Origin: Myxococcales bacterium
GTDB lineage: Bacteria > Myxococcota_A > Polyangia > Polyangiales > Polyangiaceae
Length of the DNA stretch: 64,000 bases
Assembly (NCBI GenBank): GCA_043747615.1
Contig: JAYTOU010000003.1
Coordinates: 1 to 64,000, forward strand
Direction: 5' to 3'
Shown here piece by piece: positions 42,621 through 52,845 of the stretch. A model generated the notes under the pieces. That model searched no databases, was not told where the DNA came from, and saw only the letters and a list, made by a program, of their open reading frames with translations. Each line of letters begins with the position of its first letter. Position 1 is the stretch's first letter. Position numbers and translations under genes: made by a program.

Positions 42621-42931
42621 GGCGTGGTGCTGCCCGGCGGGCGTCGCGGGGGTGCGTTCAGGAACGGGGGACGCTTGCCGCCGTCGGGGAAGGTCATCCG
42701 ACTCGCGGGCGCTGCCGCGTCTTCGGCGGCCGCAGGAATTTGAGGAGGCGCATTGAGAACGACGCGCGGTGGCAGTGCAGGCGGCGTTTCCGCCGAGGCC
42801 GTGGGCGCGCTCGACTGCGTCTCCGGAGCGTTGACGATGGGCTCGCTCTTCGCGCAGGCGCTCACGCCGATGGACAGGATCGCGGCGCCCTGGGTGAGCG
42901 CGCGCAGCCTACGAAGCCGGGTAGATGTCAT
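42617..42931 (-). CDS. Small Pro-rich lipoprotein with three h-N-A-P repeats (candidate precursor peptide)
   Basis: Lipobox VSA-C26; IVNAPE, VLNAPP, FLNAPP; its stop overlaps the next start (TGATG). Confidence 0.72.
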   Translation of the reverse strand: MTSTRLRRLRALTQGAAILSIGVSACAKSEPIVNAPETQSSAPTASAETPPALPPRVVLNAPPQIPAAAEDAAAPASRMTFPDGGKRPPFLNAPPRRPPGSTTP

Positions 42932-42996
42932 TTGCGAGCGTGTTTTAGCATGCCGGCTTTTCTATGCTTGGGTTTTCGCGTCTACGGCCGCGCTCG

Positions 42997-43968
42997 TCAG
43001 CGATCGGAGTCCACGGCCCGTACGGTCTCTTCGATCGAGCGCGAGGCTTGGAAGCCTAGAATCTCGCGGGCGCGGCGATCATCGACCATGCACACGTAGC
43101 GGATGTGATCGAGCTCCGGGGGCGGGAATGTGCTCAAATGAAGCGACCAAAGGCGCTTTAGGATGAGCTTCCCGAGTGTGTACGGAAAAGGGACGCTCTG
43201 GCGATCGAGGAGCTTTAGGATCCTCGAGAGCGGAATGGGATCCGGCCCGGCCACGTTAAAGATCCCGCGAACGCCCGGCGTCATCGCGAGGCAAAGCGCG
43301 CGCACCACGTCGGCCTCGTGGATCACCTGGACCATCGGATCGTAGCCCATGAGCGTGGGGATCGTGCTCAGGCGGAGAAAGTTGGAAGGAGCATTTCGCA
43401 CCGTGCCGAGGATGTGCACGGGGCGAAGAACGACCGTCTCCGTCTCGGGATGACGCCAAAAAAAACTCTGGGCTAGCATGTCTACTTCGATGAGATCGCG
43501 TATCTCACCGAATGCCGCGCCGCCGAGGAGAGGCGCGTCCTCCGGTAAGAACTGCGGGTTATCCGGCTGTGGTCCGTAAACGTTCGAGCTCGAAAGCACG
43601 ACGAGCTTCGGCACCTTGAACTGTGCGACGTACTCGAGGAGCTTCGCGAAACCGGCGACGTTCCAGGAGTGGTGCTCCGCCGCGGAGGCACGCGGATCGT
43701 GCATCACGCCGAGATGAACGACGGCCTCGATGTCGCCCGAGCGGAAGACGTCCTTCAACTTCGTCCGGCGGATGTCGACCTGCTGGTGGCGGATGTCTTT
43801 CGGTTTGTCGGTGAAGGGGCGACGATCAACGCCGATCACGGCGCGCTCACGATGCAGAGTGCGCGCAAGCCTTCGTCCGAGCCTCCCGCAGATCCCCGTG
43901 ATCACGACCGGCCCAGAACCGGCGACGGCCACGAGCTCCGTGTCCGAAGTCCCGCCCCCGCCCGGCAT
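42997..43968 (-). CDS. NAD-dependent epimerase/dehydratase (extended SDR)
   Basis: ITGICGRLG, VVHLG, SSSNVYG, IFNVAG; ATG 43968 overlaps the upstream stop (TGATG). Confidence 0.88.
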   Translation of the reverse strand: MPGGGGTSDTELVAVAGSGPVVITGICGRLGRRLARTLHRERAVIGVDRRPFTDKPKDIRHQQVDIRRTKLKDVFRSGDIEAVVHLGVMHDPRASAAEHHSWNVAGFAKLLEYVAQFKVPKLVVLSSSNVYGPQPDNPQFLPEDAPLLGGAAFGEIRDLIEVDMLAQSFFWRHPETETVVLRPVHILGTVRNAPSNFLRLSTIPTLMGYDPMVQVIHEADVVRALCLAMTPGVRGIFNVAGPDPIPLSRILKLLDRQSVPFPYTLGKLILKRLWSLHLSTFPPPELDHIRYVCMVDDRRAREILGFQASRSIEETVRAVDSDR

Positions 43969-44906
43969 CACCAGAACACGTGCTTTCGCGCCTTCACGCC
44001 ACGGTTGAGCATGGATTGAATGGTGGCCTTCACGAGCCACACTTTCTCCTCGATGATCGCGTCGTCGTCATCGGAGTCGCCCTCGAAGGTCATCGGCTCG
44101 CCGAAGTACACCCGGTATTTCGTGGGCAAAGGGAGCTGGCCACCGGGCAGGAGCAGCTGCGGCAGCACGGGAAAAGACGGCATGCGAAGGAGCTTCGCGA
44201 GAGACTCGATGTTGCCGACCGAGATGTACTGCTCTTCGCCGCCAATGACCGCGACGGGGATGACTGGGGTGTTCGTCGCGATCGCCAAGCGCATGAAGCC
44301 GAGACCGAAATCGGTGAGCTGGTATCGCTTGTCGAAGGTCTTCGAGATGCCCCGCGCACCCTCGGGGAACACGAGCAGCGCCTCGTCGGCCTCGAGCAGA
44401 CGCTTCGCGTTGGCGGGCACACCGACCACTTGCCCGACGCGCGAAAAGAGCATCGACACGAACGGCAGCGTCTGCGCCCACTTCTCGACCATTGCGCGAA
44501 TGAACCGAGGCGGTTCGGCGTCCATGAACATGGCCGCTCCGATGATGGCGCCGTCGATCGGGACCTGGCCGGAGTGGTTGGCGACGAGCAGGACGCGCCC
44601 AACGGGGACGTTGGCGGCGCCGAATACCTCGGTGCGAAAGTAGCGGCGATGCAAGAAGGCGGCGGAAGCGAGTGCATACTTCACCCAATTTGGATCGAGA
44701 CCAAACGGGTCGACGCCCGCCGGCCCGAGTGACGTCGGAACGCGCGCGAGCCTCGTGTTGAACTCTTCCGTCATGAGCGAGGACATCCAGCCGTCGACCG
44801 CGCCTTCGGCCACTCCGAGAATTTTCCTAGCGAACGGAGCGGACCGCCTCGCCAACGCCCCGATTCGGCCGAGCGCGCGGGTCGGTTCGATGGATGCCAC
44901 GGACAT
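43968..44906 (-). CDS. Lysophospholipid/1-acylglycerol-3-phosphate acyltransferase family
   Basis: ANHSGQVPID, FPEG, GFMRLA...PVIPVA. Confidence 0.88.
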   Translation of the reverse strand: MSVASIEPTRALGRIGALARRSAPFARKILGVAEGAVDGWMSSLMTEEFNTRLARVPTSLGPAGVDPFGLDPNWVKYALASAAFLHRRYFRTEVFGAANVPVGRVLLVANHSGQVPIDGAIIGAAMFMDAEPPRFIRAMVEKWAQTLPFVSMLFSRVGQVVGVPANAKRLLEADEALLVFPEGARGISKTFDKRYQLTDFGLGFMRLAIATNTPVIPVAVIGGEEQYISVGNIESLAKLLRMPSFPVLPQLLLPGGQLPLPTKYRVYFGEPMTFEGDSDDDDAIIEEKVWLVKATIQSMLNRGVKARKHVFW

Positions 44907-44985
44907 GAGGTAAGCCGCGGGGGTTGCACCGGTCAAGAAAGGTTTCACGACACACAGCCTCACGAAGGTCGTCTAGGATTCTCGG

Positions 44986-45882
44986 ATGGGCTTCATTTTC
45001 CCGCCCGCGGTCGCTCCTGGCGATCTCATCGCCGTCGTTGCGCCCTCGAGCCCATTCGCGGTGGGAGAGTTTTGGCGGGGCCTCGGGTGGCTTCGCGATC
45101 GCTACGAGCTCTTCGCGAGCCCCGCGCTGCTCGGGCGAAGCGGGTACCTTGCCGGCGACGATGATCACCGGGCACGTGAGCTCGAACGCGCGATGATCGA
45201 GCCACGCGTGAAGGCTATCGTCGCTGCACGCGGCGGGTATGGTGCGATGCGTGTCCTGTCTCGCCTGCCGTGGGAGGCCTTCCAGAAAAATCCGCGATGG
45301 ATCGTGGGCTTCAGCGACATCACCGCGCTTCACTGCATGACGACCGCACGCGGAATCGCCGCCGTGCATGCTTCGCACGTGACCGGTGTCACTCATTTGT
45401 CGCCTCGAACGAAGCTCGCCTGGATGCGCGCGATCGAACGCCCCCACGAGGGCTTCACCTGGAACGACCTGCGGGTGCACCGGACCGGTCGCGCCGAAGG
45501 GCCGCTTTTCGGCGGTAACTTGGCGCTGATCGAGGCCATGGCCGCCGCCGGCAAGCTCGTCGTTCCGGAGGGCGCGATCCTTCTGCTCGAGGACGTGACG
45601 GAGCGGCCGTACCGCATCGACCGCATGCTCACCTCGCTGATGCTCGGCGGCCACCTCGAGCGCGCATCGGCGATCGTCCTCGGCGAATTTACGCGCTGCG
45701 ATCCGGGCCCCGACGGCGTGAGCGTCGAGCACGTTCTCGAGGAGCGTCTCGCAGGCCTCGGCGTACCGGTCGTTTCGGGCGCGCCGTTCGGTCACGGCAC
45801 GGAGAATCAGCCCTTCGTTCTTGGCTCGAGGGCGGAGCTCTCGGGCGGAAGCCTCAGGGTCGGCGCGAAGATCGAATCATGA
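44986..45882 (+). CDS. LD-carboxypeptidase (S66)
   Basis: VAPSS, YLAGDD, RGGYG, GFSDIT, GGNL, LEDV.E..YRIDRML, FGHG. Confidence 0.93.
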   Translation: MGFIFPPAVAPGDLIAVVAPSSPFAVGEFWRGLGWLRDRYELFASPALLGRSGYLAGDDDHRARELERAMIEPRVKAIVAARGGYGAMRVLSRLPWEAFQKNPRWIVGFSDITALHCMTTARGIAAVHASHVTGVTHLSPRTKLAWMRAIERPHEGFTWNDLRVHRTGRAEGPLFGGNLALIEAMAAAGKLVVPEGAILLLEDVTERPYRIDRMLTSLMLGGHLERASAIVLGEFTRCDPGPDGVSVEHVLEERLAGLGVPVVSGAPFGHGTENQPFVLGSRAELSGGSLRVGAKIES

Positions 45883-48800
45883 ACGCGGAAGCGGAGGGGG
45901 CATGGTCTTTCCGCGGACCACCGGCTTTTCCTCTTCCTTGTCTTCGTGGACTTCTTCGGCCAGATCGTCGGCGATGAGGATCTCGTCATCATCGACCGCG
46001 ATGTCGACCTCGGGCGTGGCGTCCGGCTTGTACGGGCGAGCCATCGTCGGCTCGTTGAAGTCCTCGTAGCCGACGCGCTCGTCGGTCGAGACCAAGCTCA
46101 CCTCGTGCGACCCGGACGACGATCCGGGCGTGGTGAGAAGATCTTCGAGCAGCTCAACGCTCTCGGGAGCGAGCGGTATCCGCGCCGAAGGCTCGGTCGC
46201 CGTCTTTGGCGGCGAGGACGCGGCGGCGACCTGTGTGGGCGGCACCGACGACGAATGGGGCAGAGACGACATCGGAACGTTCTTCGTGTCATCGTCGTCC
46301 GAGACGTTTTTGCCCCTCGCAGGGCTTTTCGGAGCGGGCAGATCGGAGCGTCGGGCCGAGCGCAGCTGCGCCACCATTTCCATGCTGAAGACATCGGTGG
46401 CGTCTTCCACGTGGTCGGCCGCGTCCCTGGTGCGGCCCGCCGGGTAGGGCCTCGTCTCGGGGCCAACCGTTGCCGCCTCCGCCGTCTTCGCGAAGTTCGG
46501 ATCGCGCAGCGATGGATCCGTGCGCAGCGACTCGGCGAGCGGAGAGTCTCCCGGCACCGTCTCGGGCAGCGCTGTGGGCGGCGGTACCGTCGGCGTCTTG
46601 CTGTCTGGCGTCGCTGTCGTGTTCGGAGCCTGCGATGGCCGCATCGAATCTTGCGACGGCTTCGGCGGGGCGTAGGCATCGGGATCCGCGTCCGGATCCG
46701 CCTTCTTGAGCATGTTCGATTTTGCGCGTTCGAGGCCCTGCGTCGCTTCGGCGTCGCCAGCCTTCATGCGGAGCACGCGGCGCCAAGCGTCGGCGGTCTC
46801 TCGCGGATCTTGTAGCTGCTCTTCCCACATGCGGGCGACTTTGCGCGCGAGCTCGGCGCGGGTGTTCATGTCCTTCCCGCGAAGGATCTGATCCTCGTAG
46901 AGCTGGACCATGCCGCGGTAATCTCCGAGCTCACGAAGGAGCGCGGAGAGCTCTTCGAGCACGGATTGATCGGTCGGCGAGAGATCGTGGAGTTTCTTCA
47001 GGTCCGCCGCGGCCCCGGATTTGTCGCCGATATGCTCGCGCCGGATCTTCGCGCGACGCGCGAGCAACTGGCGAACGAGGGGACCGTCGAAGACTTCCGT
47101 GAGCGCACGGGTGATGGCTTCTTCGCTGCGCCGCGGCGCTCCGAGCTCTACGCTGAGGGCTTCCACGACGTCCAGAGCCTGCTGATCGACGTGCGCGATG
47201 AGCGTGTCACCGAGCCACGTGAACGCCTGCTCTATGTCGTGAAGATCGCGCTGGGCGATCGTGGCCGCACGCCGAAGGAGGGTGCTGCGCGTGCGTCCGC
47301 CATCCCGTGCTCCACCGCCGCCCGTCGAGAGTGACTGGCAAAGCGCACGGCGCAATTTTTCTCCGCCGGTGTGCTTGTCACCGGCCGCCGCCGCGAGCTC
47401 GAGGAGACCCAGCGTGTCTTCGGTAGGGGCGCCCGTGAGCGCGAGCTCGAAGAATGCGCGAGCGCGATCAATCTGCCCCTTCGACGCCGCGACCTGTGCT
47501 GCCCGAGCGAGGGCCCGCAGGCGGTCGGCTGGCGCTCGGCAGCGTGACACTTGACGTTCGTAGAGATCGACGATGTCGTGGCTCTTCTCTGTAAGCTCCG
47601 CGAGCTTCTCGAGGAGCGACTCGGCCTCGCCCGGCGGCACGTTGGCGAGCCCAGACTCACCGTGCTGAATCGATTCGCCGCGAGGCATTCCCGCCTTCAC
47701 GCAAACCACTGCTTGACGCACGAGCTCCGTCGCTCGATCGAGCCCCTGAAGCTCACGTGCGAGTAGATCGTGAGCGGTGGCGAGCGCGTCGTGATCCGAG
47801 GTCTTCACCGCGAGACCCTCGAGACGCGCCGCGAGATCGCGATCGCCGCCCTTGGCGCGCACGATTTCGATCGCCACGCGGGCCGCATCTTGATCGCGAC
47901 CCACCGCGGCGAATCGCTCGAAAGCACCGCGAAGGGCAGCCGTGCGCTCCGTCCCGTGCTTCGCTTCGAACCACCACTCGACGAGCTTCGCCGCGACGAT
48001 CCCCTTCCACCCGAGGCGATCTCCGAGCTCGACGTAGGTGGTGCGGATCGACTGGTCCCCGTGATCGGCAAGCTCGGTGAGAGCGGCAAGCGCTTCGTCG
48101 CCGCGATCGAGCTTGTCGGCGAGAATGCCAGCCAGCTTCTTGGTCATCACGCTCGCGTCGACTTCGTCACCTTCGACCTCGATTTGAAGGGCGAGCAGCT
48201 CGGCGACGCGATCCCATTGCTCCGTCTTCTCGCAGAGCTGACAGAGGCGCGCGAGGGCGTCGAAGTCCTCGAGATCCGCTTTGCGCACGATGTCGAGCGC
48301 GCGAATCGCGGAGCGGGGATCATTGAGGAGCTCATAGAGCCGGGCCAGCCGCGCCGCGATCTGTCCGCGTTCTTGGGGATCGGCGATCAGCTTCAGCTCG
48401 CGCTCGAGCGCATCGGCCGCGGCGCCCGGATTTTCCCGCGCTTCCTGCAAGTCGGCGATGGCTTGAAGAGCAGGGCGGCAGGTGGCGTCGAGATCGCTGA
48501 GGATGGATTCGTAGCGCACGATGGCGGTGTCGACGTCGCCGACGCCGTCGGCCAGGAGCTCCGCCTCACGCAGAGCAATGCGCGCTTTGTCTGCCTTGTC
48601 GATCGCCACGCCGCCGAGCCGGCGCAGGAGCGTCGCGGCCTCGGTGTGATCTTCGCGCTCGACAGCGAGATCGATCAGCTTCTCGAGCGCTTCACGATCG
48701 TCGCCGTCCTCGAGGACTTTGAGCCACTGCTCTCGGGCCAGATCTTTGTTGTTCAGGCGCGTGGCGTAGAGGGTTGCCGCTTGCCGGCGCAGGCCGACGC

Positions 48801-51165
48801 GCTTCGATCGATCGGCGACGCGATCGCCGCGCTTTGAGAGGAACTCGACCAGCTTTTCCCACTTCTCACCGGTGGTGTAGCGGTCGGTGAGCGACTGGGC
48901 ATAGTCGTCCGCGGTCGGGTCGAGGTTGGTCGCTTGCTCGAGTCGCTCGAGCGCAGCCGTCTCGTCGCCTGCGCGGGTCAAGTACTCTCCGGCGCGCGCG
49001 AAGTGACCCGCTTGCTGTTTTGCGTCGCCGGCGATTTGCCCGCGGTGCTCTGCTGCGCTCGCCGCGCGCTCCCATTTTTCTGCGCCGACGAAGCAGCGCT
49101 CTGCGTCCTCCCACATGCGTGCGCTGCGCTGAGCCTCTGCGGATTCAGCGTAGGCTTCGCCGGCGCCGCCGACGTCTCCGGTCTGCTCACGCAGCTCACC
49201 GAGCCGTTGAAGGAGGGAGCCGCGGGCCGCGGAGTCTTCGATCGACGCCGCGTTCTCCGCGATCACCTGCGCGGCCATGTCGATCCGGCCGGCCTTCTCG
49301 AAGAGCTTCGATGCGGTACCGATGGCGCGCTCGTCTTCCGGGGCGAGGTGGGCGATGCGGGCCCACGCTTCGGCAGCCGCGCCGAAGTCCCTGCGCTTCC
49401 CCTCGTTAAGGGTGGCGAGCTTCTTCTCGAGGGAGATCTTGATGTCGATGTCGCTGGCAACAGTGGCCTCTTGTTCGTAGAGGTTCGCCAGATCGTCCCA
49501 CCGTTGCGTTTTCTCGAGGAGGCGCGAGAGCGACTGACGTGCGCTGTCGTCCGCGCGATCGATGGCCAGGAGCTGCTTCCAGGCATTGATCGCGCCGTCG
49601 ACGTCGCGAAGATTTCCCTCGCACAAGCCCGCCACTTCGCGCAGGCGCTCTTTGCGGCCTTCCATCCCATCGCTGAGAGAGCCCATCACACGCACGCTCG
49701 CGAGGAGCACGTCGCGCAGCTGGCCGTAGTCACGCTTCGTCCGAAGGTAGTCCTCCACCCACGCCAGCGCTTCGGGATGCGCGGGGTCGGTGTCGAGCAC
49801 TTCCTTGTACTTTACAAGTGCTTCGGGTTTCTTCCCCTTACCGGCGAGCATCTGCGCGGCGTCGAGGATTCCCTGCATTTTATCAGGTGCAAGCGCGCTG
49901 GTCCGCTTCGGCGCGGGCTCGCTCGGCGTATACGAAGGTGCCTGCGGCGAAGCCTCACCGCGGTCCGTTGCCGGGCGGGCTTTGGCGGCGCTCTGCTCGA
50001 CGGCCCCCGGAACAGCGGTCTGCGTGTAGAGGAGCTCGAGCTTCGCCGCGGCGTCCGGATCGCCTGCCGCGCGGAGCGGCTCGAGCATCTGGATGGCGTT
50101 CGAGATCTGCCCCGCGGCCTCGTAGCTGATGGCGAGCACCTGTCGAGCTTCGGCGGCCATCGCCCCAGCGGGGTTCGACTCGACGTAGCCGAGGTAGCGA
50201 CCGGAGAGCTCCTCTTCCTTCTGAAGGCTGCGCGCGTAGTACGTGTAGAGCTGAAGAGCGCGCTCGTGGCCCGGTTCGATGTCGAGGGCCGCGCCGGAAT
50301 AGGCGAGACCATGCTCTCCATCGTAGGACTCGGCGAGCGCGACCAGCATTTCTGCGGCAACGGTGCGTTCGCTCTTGGGGACCTGCTCGCCGCCCTGCAT
50401 TCGATCGAGAATGGAGGCAGCGAACTCTTGCTGGAGACCGGCGTCCTGGTCGTCGAGTTGACGGGCGCGCGCGAGTACTTTCGTGACGCCTTGCAGATCG
50501 CCCGCCTGCCTGCGCGAGTTCGCTTCGTCGCGTAGAAGCGCGAGCCGCCGTGCGGGGTCTTGCTCGATGGCGTACTCCGCCTCGTACAGCGGGTAGGCCT
50601 CTTCCCAGTTCGCCTGAGACTTCAGGATCTCGCGCGCGCTGTAGATCGCGTAGGCGCTCTGCGCATCGAGATCGATCGACTTCCGGAAGCTCTCGACGGC
50701 CTTCTTCGGCTGCGCGAGCGGCGCTTCGCTCCACAAGCGTCCGAGCTCCTCGTACATCGCGGCGACTTCGCTGCGTAGCTCCGGCTGCTGCGCGATGAGC
50801 GGCGTAAGCGCTTTCGCGCGGCGATCGAGGAGCGCGACCAGAGCCTTTACGTCCCCCTTCTCGCGATAGAGCTGGGCCAAACGCTCGGCCGCCACTTGCT
50901 GCGTGGGGTCTCTGTCGATCGCCGTCATCAGGACACGCGCTGCACGATGCGCGTCTCCCAGCGTCGTCAACCAGACGTTCGCGGCCTCACTGAGCCAGTG
51001 ACTCGCGTATGCGGGGTCGGTCGTTTGCCCGCCGACTTTCTCGAGGAGAAAAGCATACGCCTTCGGATCCTGAGCGCCCGCTTGGTGGGCGTAAGCAAGT
51101 GCTTCTTCGTCGTGCGGGTTGGCGACGAGGCGCTGCACAAGCGCTTCCATTTCGCTAGGCTCCAT
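45877..51165 (-). CDS. Giant TPR-repeat protein (1762 aa) with acidic/Pro-rich C-terminal tail
   Basis: Continuous TPR-like helical repeats (e.g. AINAWKQLLAIDRADDSARQSLSRLLEKTQRWDDLA); no signal peptide. Confidence 0.85.
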   Translation of the reverse strand: MEPSEMEALVQRLVANPHDEEALAYAHQAGAQDPKAYAFLLEKVGGQTTDPAYASHWLSEAANVWLTTLGDAHRAARVLMTAIDRDPTQQVAAERLAQLYREKGDVKALVALLDRRAKALTPLIAQQPELRSEVAAMYEELGRLWSEAPLAQPKKAVESFRKSIDLDAQSAYAIYSAREILKSQANWEEAYPLYEAEYAIEQDPARRLALLRDEANSRRQAGDLQGVTKVLARARQLDDQDAGLQQEFAASILDRMQGGEQVPKSERTVAAEMLVALAESYDGEHGLAYSGAALDIEPGHERALQLYTYYARSLQKEEELSGRYLGYVESNPAGAMAAEARQVLAISYEAAGQISNAIQMLEPLRAAGDPDAAAKLELLYTQTAVPGAVEQSAAKARPATDRGEASPQAPSYTPSEPAPKRTSALAPDKMQGILDAAQMLAGKGKKPEALVKYKEVLDTDPAHPEALAWVEDYLRTKRDYGQLRDVLLASVRVMGSLSDGMEGRKERLREVAGLCEGNLRDVDGAINAWKQLLAIDRADDSARQSLSRLLEKTQRWDDLANLYEQEATVASDIDIKISLEKKLATLNEGKRRDFGAAAEAWARIAHLAPEDERAIGTASKLFEKAGRIDMAAQVIAENAASIEDSAARGSLLQRLGELREQTGDVGGAGEAYAESAEAQRSARMWEDAERCFVGAEKWERAASAAEHRGQIAGDAKQQAGHFARAGEYLTRAGDETAALERLEQATNLDPTADDYAQSLTDRYTTGEKWEKLVEFLSKRGDRVADRSKRVGLRRQAATLYATRLNNKDLAREQWLKVLEDGDDREALEKLIDLAVEREDHTEAATLLRRLGGVAIDKADKARIALREAELLADGVGDVDTAIVRYESILSDLDATCRPALQAIADLQEARENPGAAADALERELKLIADPQERGQIAARLARLYELLNDPRSAIRALDIVRKADLEDFDALARLCQLCEKTEQWDRVAELLALQIEVEGDEVDASVMTKKLAGILADKLDRGDEALAALTELADHGDQSIRTTYVELGDRLGWKGIVAAKLVEWWFEAKHGTERTAALRGAFERFAAVGRDQDAARVAIEIVRAKGGDRDLAARLEGLAVKTSDHDALATAHDLLARELQGLDRATELVRQAVVCVKAGMPRGESIQHGESGLANVPPGEAESLLEKLAELTEKSHDIVDLYERQVSRCRAPADRLRALARAAQVAASKGQIDRARAFFELALTGAPTEDTLGLLELAAAAGDKHTGGEKLRRALCQSLSTGGGGARDGGRTRSTLLRRAATIAQRDLHDIEQAFTWLGDTLIAHVDQQALDVVEALSVELGAPRRSEEAITRALTEVFDGPLVRQLLARRAKIRREHIGDKSGAAADLKKLHDLSPTDQSVLEELSALLRELGDYRGMVQLYEDQILRGKDMNTRAELARKVARMWEEQLQDPRETADAWRRVLRMKAGDAEATQGLERAKSNMLKKADPDADPDAYAPPKPSQDSMRPSQAPNTTATPDSKTPTVPPPTALPETVPGDSPLAESLRTDPSLRDPNFAKTAEAATVGPETRPYPAGRTRDAADHVEDATDVFSMEMVAQLRSARRSDLPAPKSPARGKNVSDDDDTKNVPMSSLPHSSSVPPTQVAAASSPPKTATEPSARIPLAPESVELLEDLLTTPGSSSGSHEVSLVSTDERVGYEDFNEPTMARPYKPDATPEVDIAVDDDEILIADDLAEEVHEDKEEEKPVVRGKTMPPPLPRS

Positions 51166-51228
51166 ATTGGCGCGGGCAGGCTACCACTTTCTCGTTTTTC
51201 CGCTCAATTAGGGAGCACCTAAAGCGGA

Positions 51229-52827
51229 CTACTCCAAAATACCGTATTTCCCCGCAGAAGATGCAGCCGGGGGGGGCCCTGAACCAGGCGATCGGTGGGG
51301 CGGACGCCCGGTCGGACCTTTGCCCGGCGTCTTTCCGGGGGGGCGGTCGCCCGTTTTCGGGAGATTCGAGACGTCGATGGTCGGGAGGAGATCGAAGGAG
51401 CTCGCGGCCGGCGGCGCAACCTGCGCACTGGCGACGGCGCTCGGAGTTTGATTCACAACGGCGCTCGGCACAGGAGCGCTCGTCGCTGGATCGTCTCCGC
51501 GCCCGATTCGAACGCCGACCCCTACCGCCGCCGCGGTAACCGCGAGGAGAACGAGGGCGATCAGCGCGTAGCGCACAGGGCGAGAGCGTCGTCGCGCACG
51601 CCGATCCTTCGCGGTCCCTGCGCTCGTGAGATCGATGCTGGTGTCATCCTCCATCATGCGGAGGGACGGAGCCGCCGCCGGGGGCAGTGACCCGGGCAAG
51701 GATGGTCGAACGCCGCTGCTCACGGCACGCGAAAGCTCTAGCGCGCGGCCGAGCTCTTGCGACATGGCCTCTGCGTTCGCCGGCCTCTGCGCCGGGAGCT
51801 TCGCCATCGCGCGCATCATGACCTTCTCGATTTCCGGCGGGACGATCACTCCGGGGCAGACCTCGGCGATCGGCTTCGGCGCGGTCTTGATGTGCCGCGC
51901 CATGACGATGATGGCATCGTCGTCGGTGAATGGCGGACGCCCGGCCAGCATGTGATAAAGAAGGACGCCGAGAGAGTAGAGGTCGCTGCGCGCATCGAGC
52001 GGCTTCGCCTGCGCCTGCTCCGGAGACATGTAGCGCGGCGTTCCGAAGACCGTGCCGGCCTGGGTCTCGATGGCGTTGATGGCGTCCATCCCCTCGCCGA
52101 GCATCTTCGCGATCCCGAAATCGAGGACCTTTACGATCTCCTCGTTCTGGCCGCCGTGAAGGACACGCGCGTAGAAGAGGTTGTCGGGTTTGAGGTCGCG
52201 GTGCACGATTCCTTTGGCGTGTGCCTCGCTGAGAGAGCGCAGCGCTTGGCGCGCAGTGTCGACCGCCATCTCCACGGGGATGCGCTTGAGACGCTGGATG
52301 CGCGCCCCGAGGGCCTCGCCCTCCAGGAGCTCCATCGCCAAGAAAAATTCGCCGCTCTCGCTCTGCCCGAAGTCGAAGACCGTCACCGTGTGGGGCGACG
52401 CGAGCAGACTGTGAGCGCGCGCCTCGCGGAGAAACCGCGCTTTGCTTGCTTCATCGAGCGCCTTGTCGCTGCGCAAGATCTTGATGGCGACCTCGCGACC
52501 GATCGCGTCTTGGCGCGCGCGGTACACGGTTCCCATCGAGCCTGCGCCGAGCTTCGCGACGAGCGTGAATCGTCCATCGAGGACCTTGCCGACCATGGGA
52601 TCGGCGTTCTTCTCCGCCCAGTCGCGCATCCGAACGATGGGCGTCTTGTCGTTCGGGCAATGCGACGGCACGACGTCCGTCTCAGGAAATCGCCGCTCGC
52701 ATCTGGGGCATATGTAACCCGTCATGGTGCGCAGCGATGGCGCCGTCTGGTCGGGCATTCGGGCAGACGGCACTGACACGGATCCTCGGCGATAATGCTC
52801 GCACACTTGTCGGAGACGAGCCAGCAC
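51229..52827 (-). CDS. Membrane Ser/Thr protein kinase with N-terminal zinc-ribbon-like motif (true start probably 52758 or 52725)
   Basis: CPRC...CPND, LGAGSMGTVY, HRDLKPDN, DFG, GTPRYMSPEQ, TM segment. Confidence 0.92.
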   Translation of the reverse strand: MLARLRQVCEHYRRGSVSVPSARMPDQTAPSLRTMTGYICPRCERRFPETDVVPSHCPNDKTPIVRMRDWAEKNADPMVGKVLDGRFTLVAKLGAGSMGTVYRARQDAIGREVAIKILRSDKALDEASKARFLREARAHSLLASPHTVTVFDFGQSESGEFFLAMELLEGEALGARIQRLKRIPVEMAVDTARQALRSLSEAHAKGIVHRDLKPDNLFYARVLHGGQNEEIVKVLDFGIAKMLGEGMDAINAIETQAGTVFGTPRYMSPEQAQAKPLDARSDLYSLGVLLYHMLAGRPPFTDDDAIIVMARHIKTAPKPIAEVCPGVIVPPEIEKVMMRAMAKLPAQRPANAEAMSQELGRALELSRAVSSGVRPSLPGSLPPAAAPSLRMMEDDTSIDLTSAGTAKDRRARRRSRPVRYALIALVLLAVTAAAVGVGVRIGRGDDPATSAPVPSAVVNQTPSAVASAQVAPPAASSFDLLPTIDVSNLPKTGDRPPGKTPGKGPTGRPPHRSPGSGPPPAASSAGKYGILE

Positions 52828-52845
52828 GCTCGCTCCGCACGCTTC

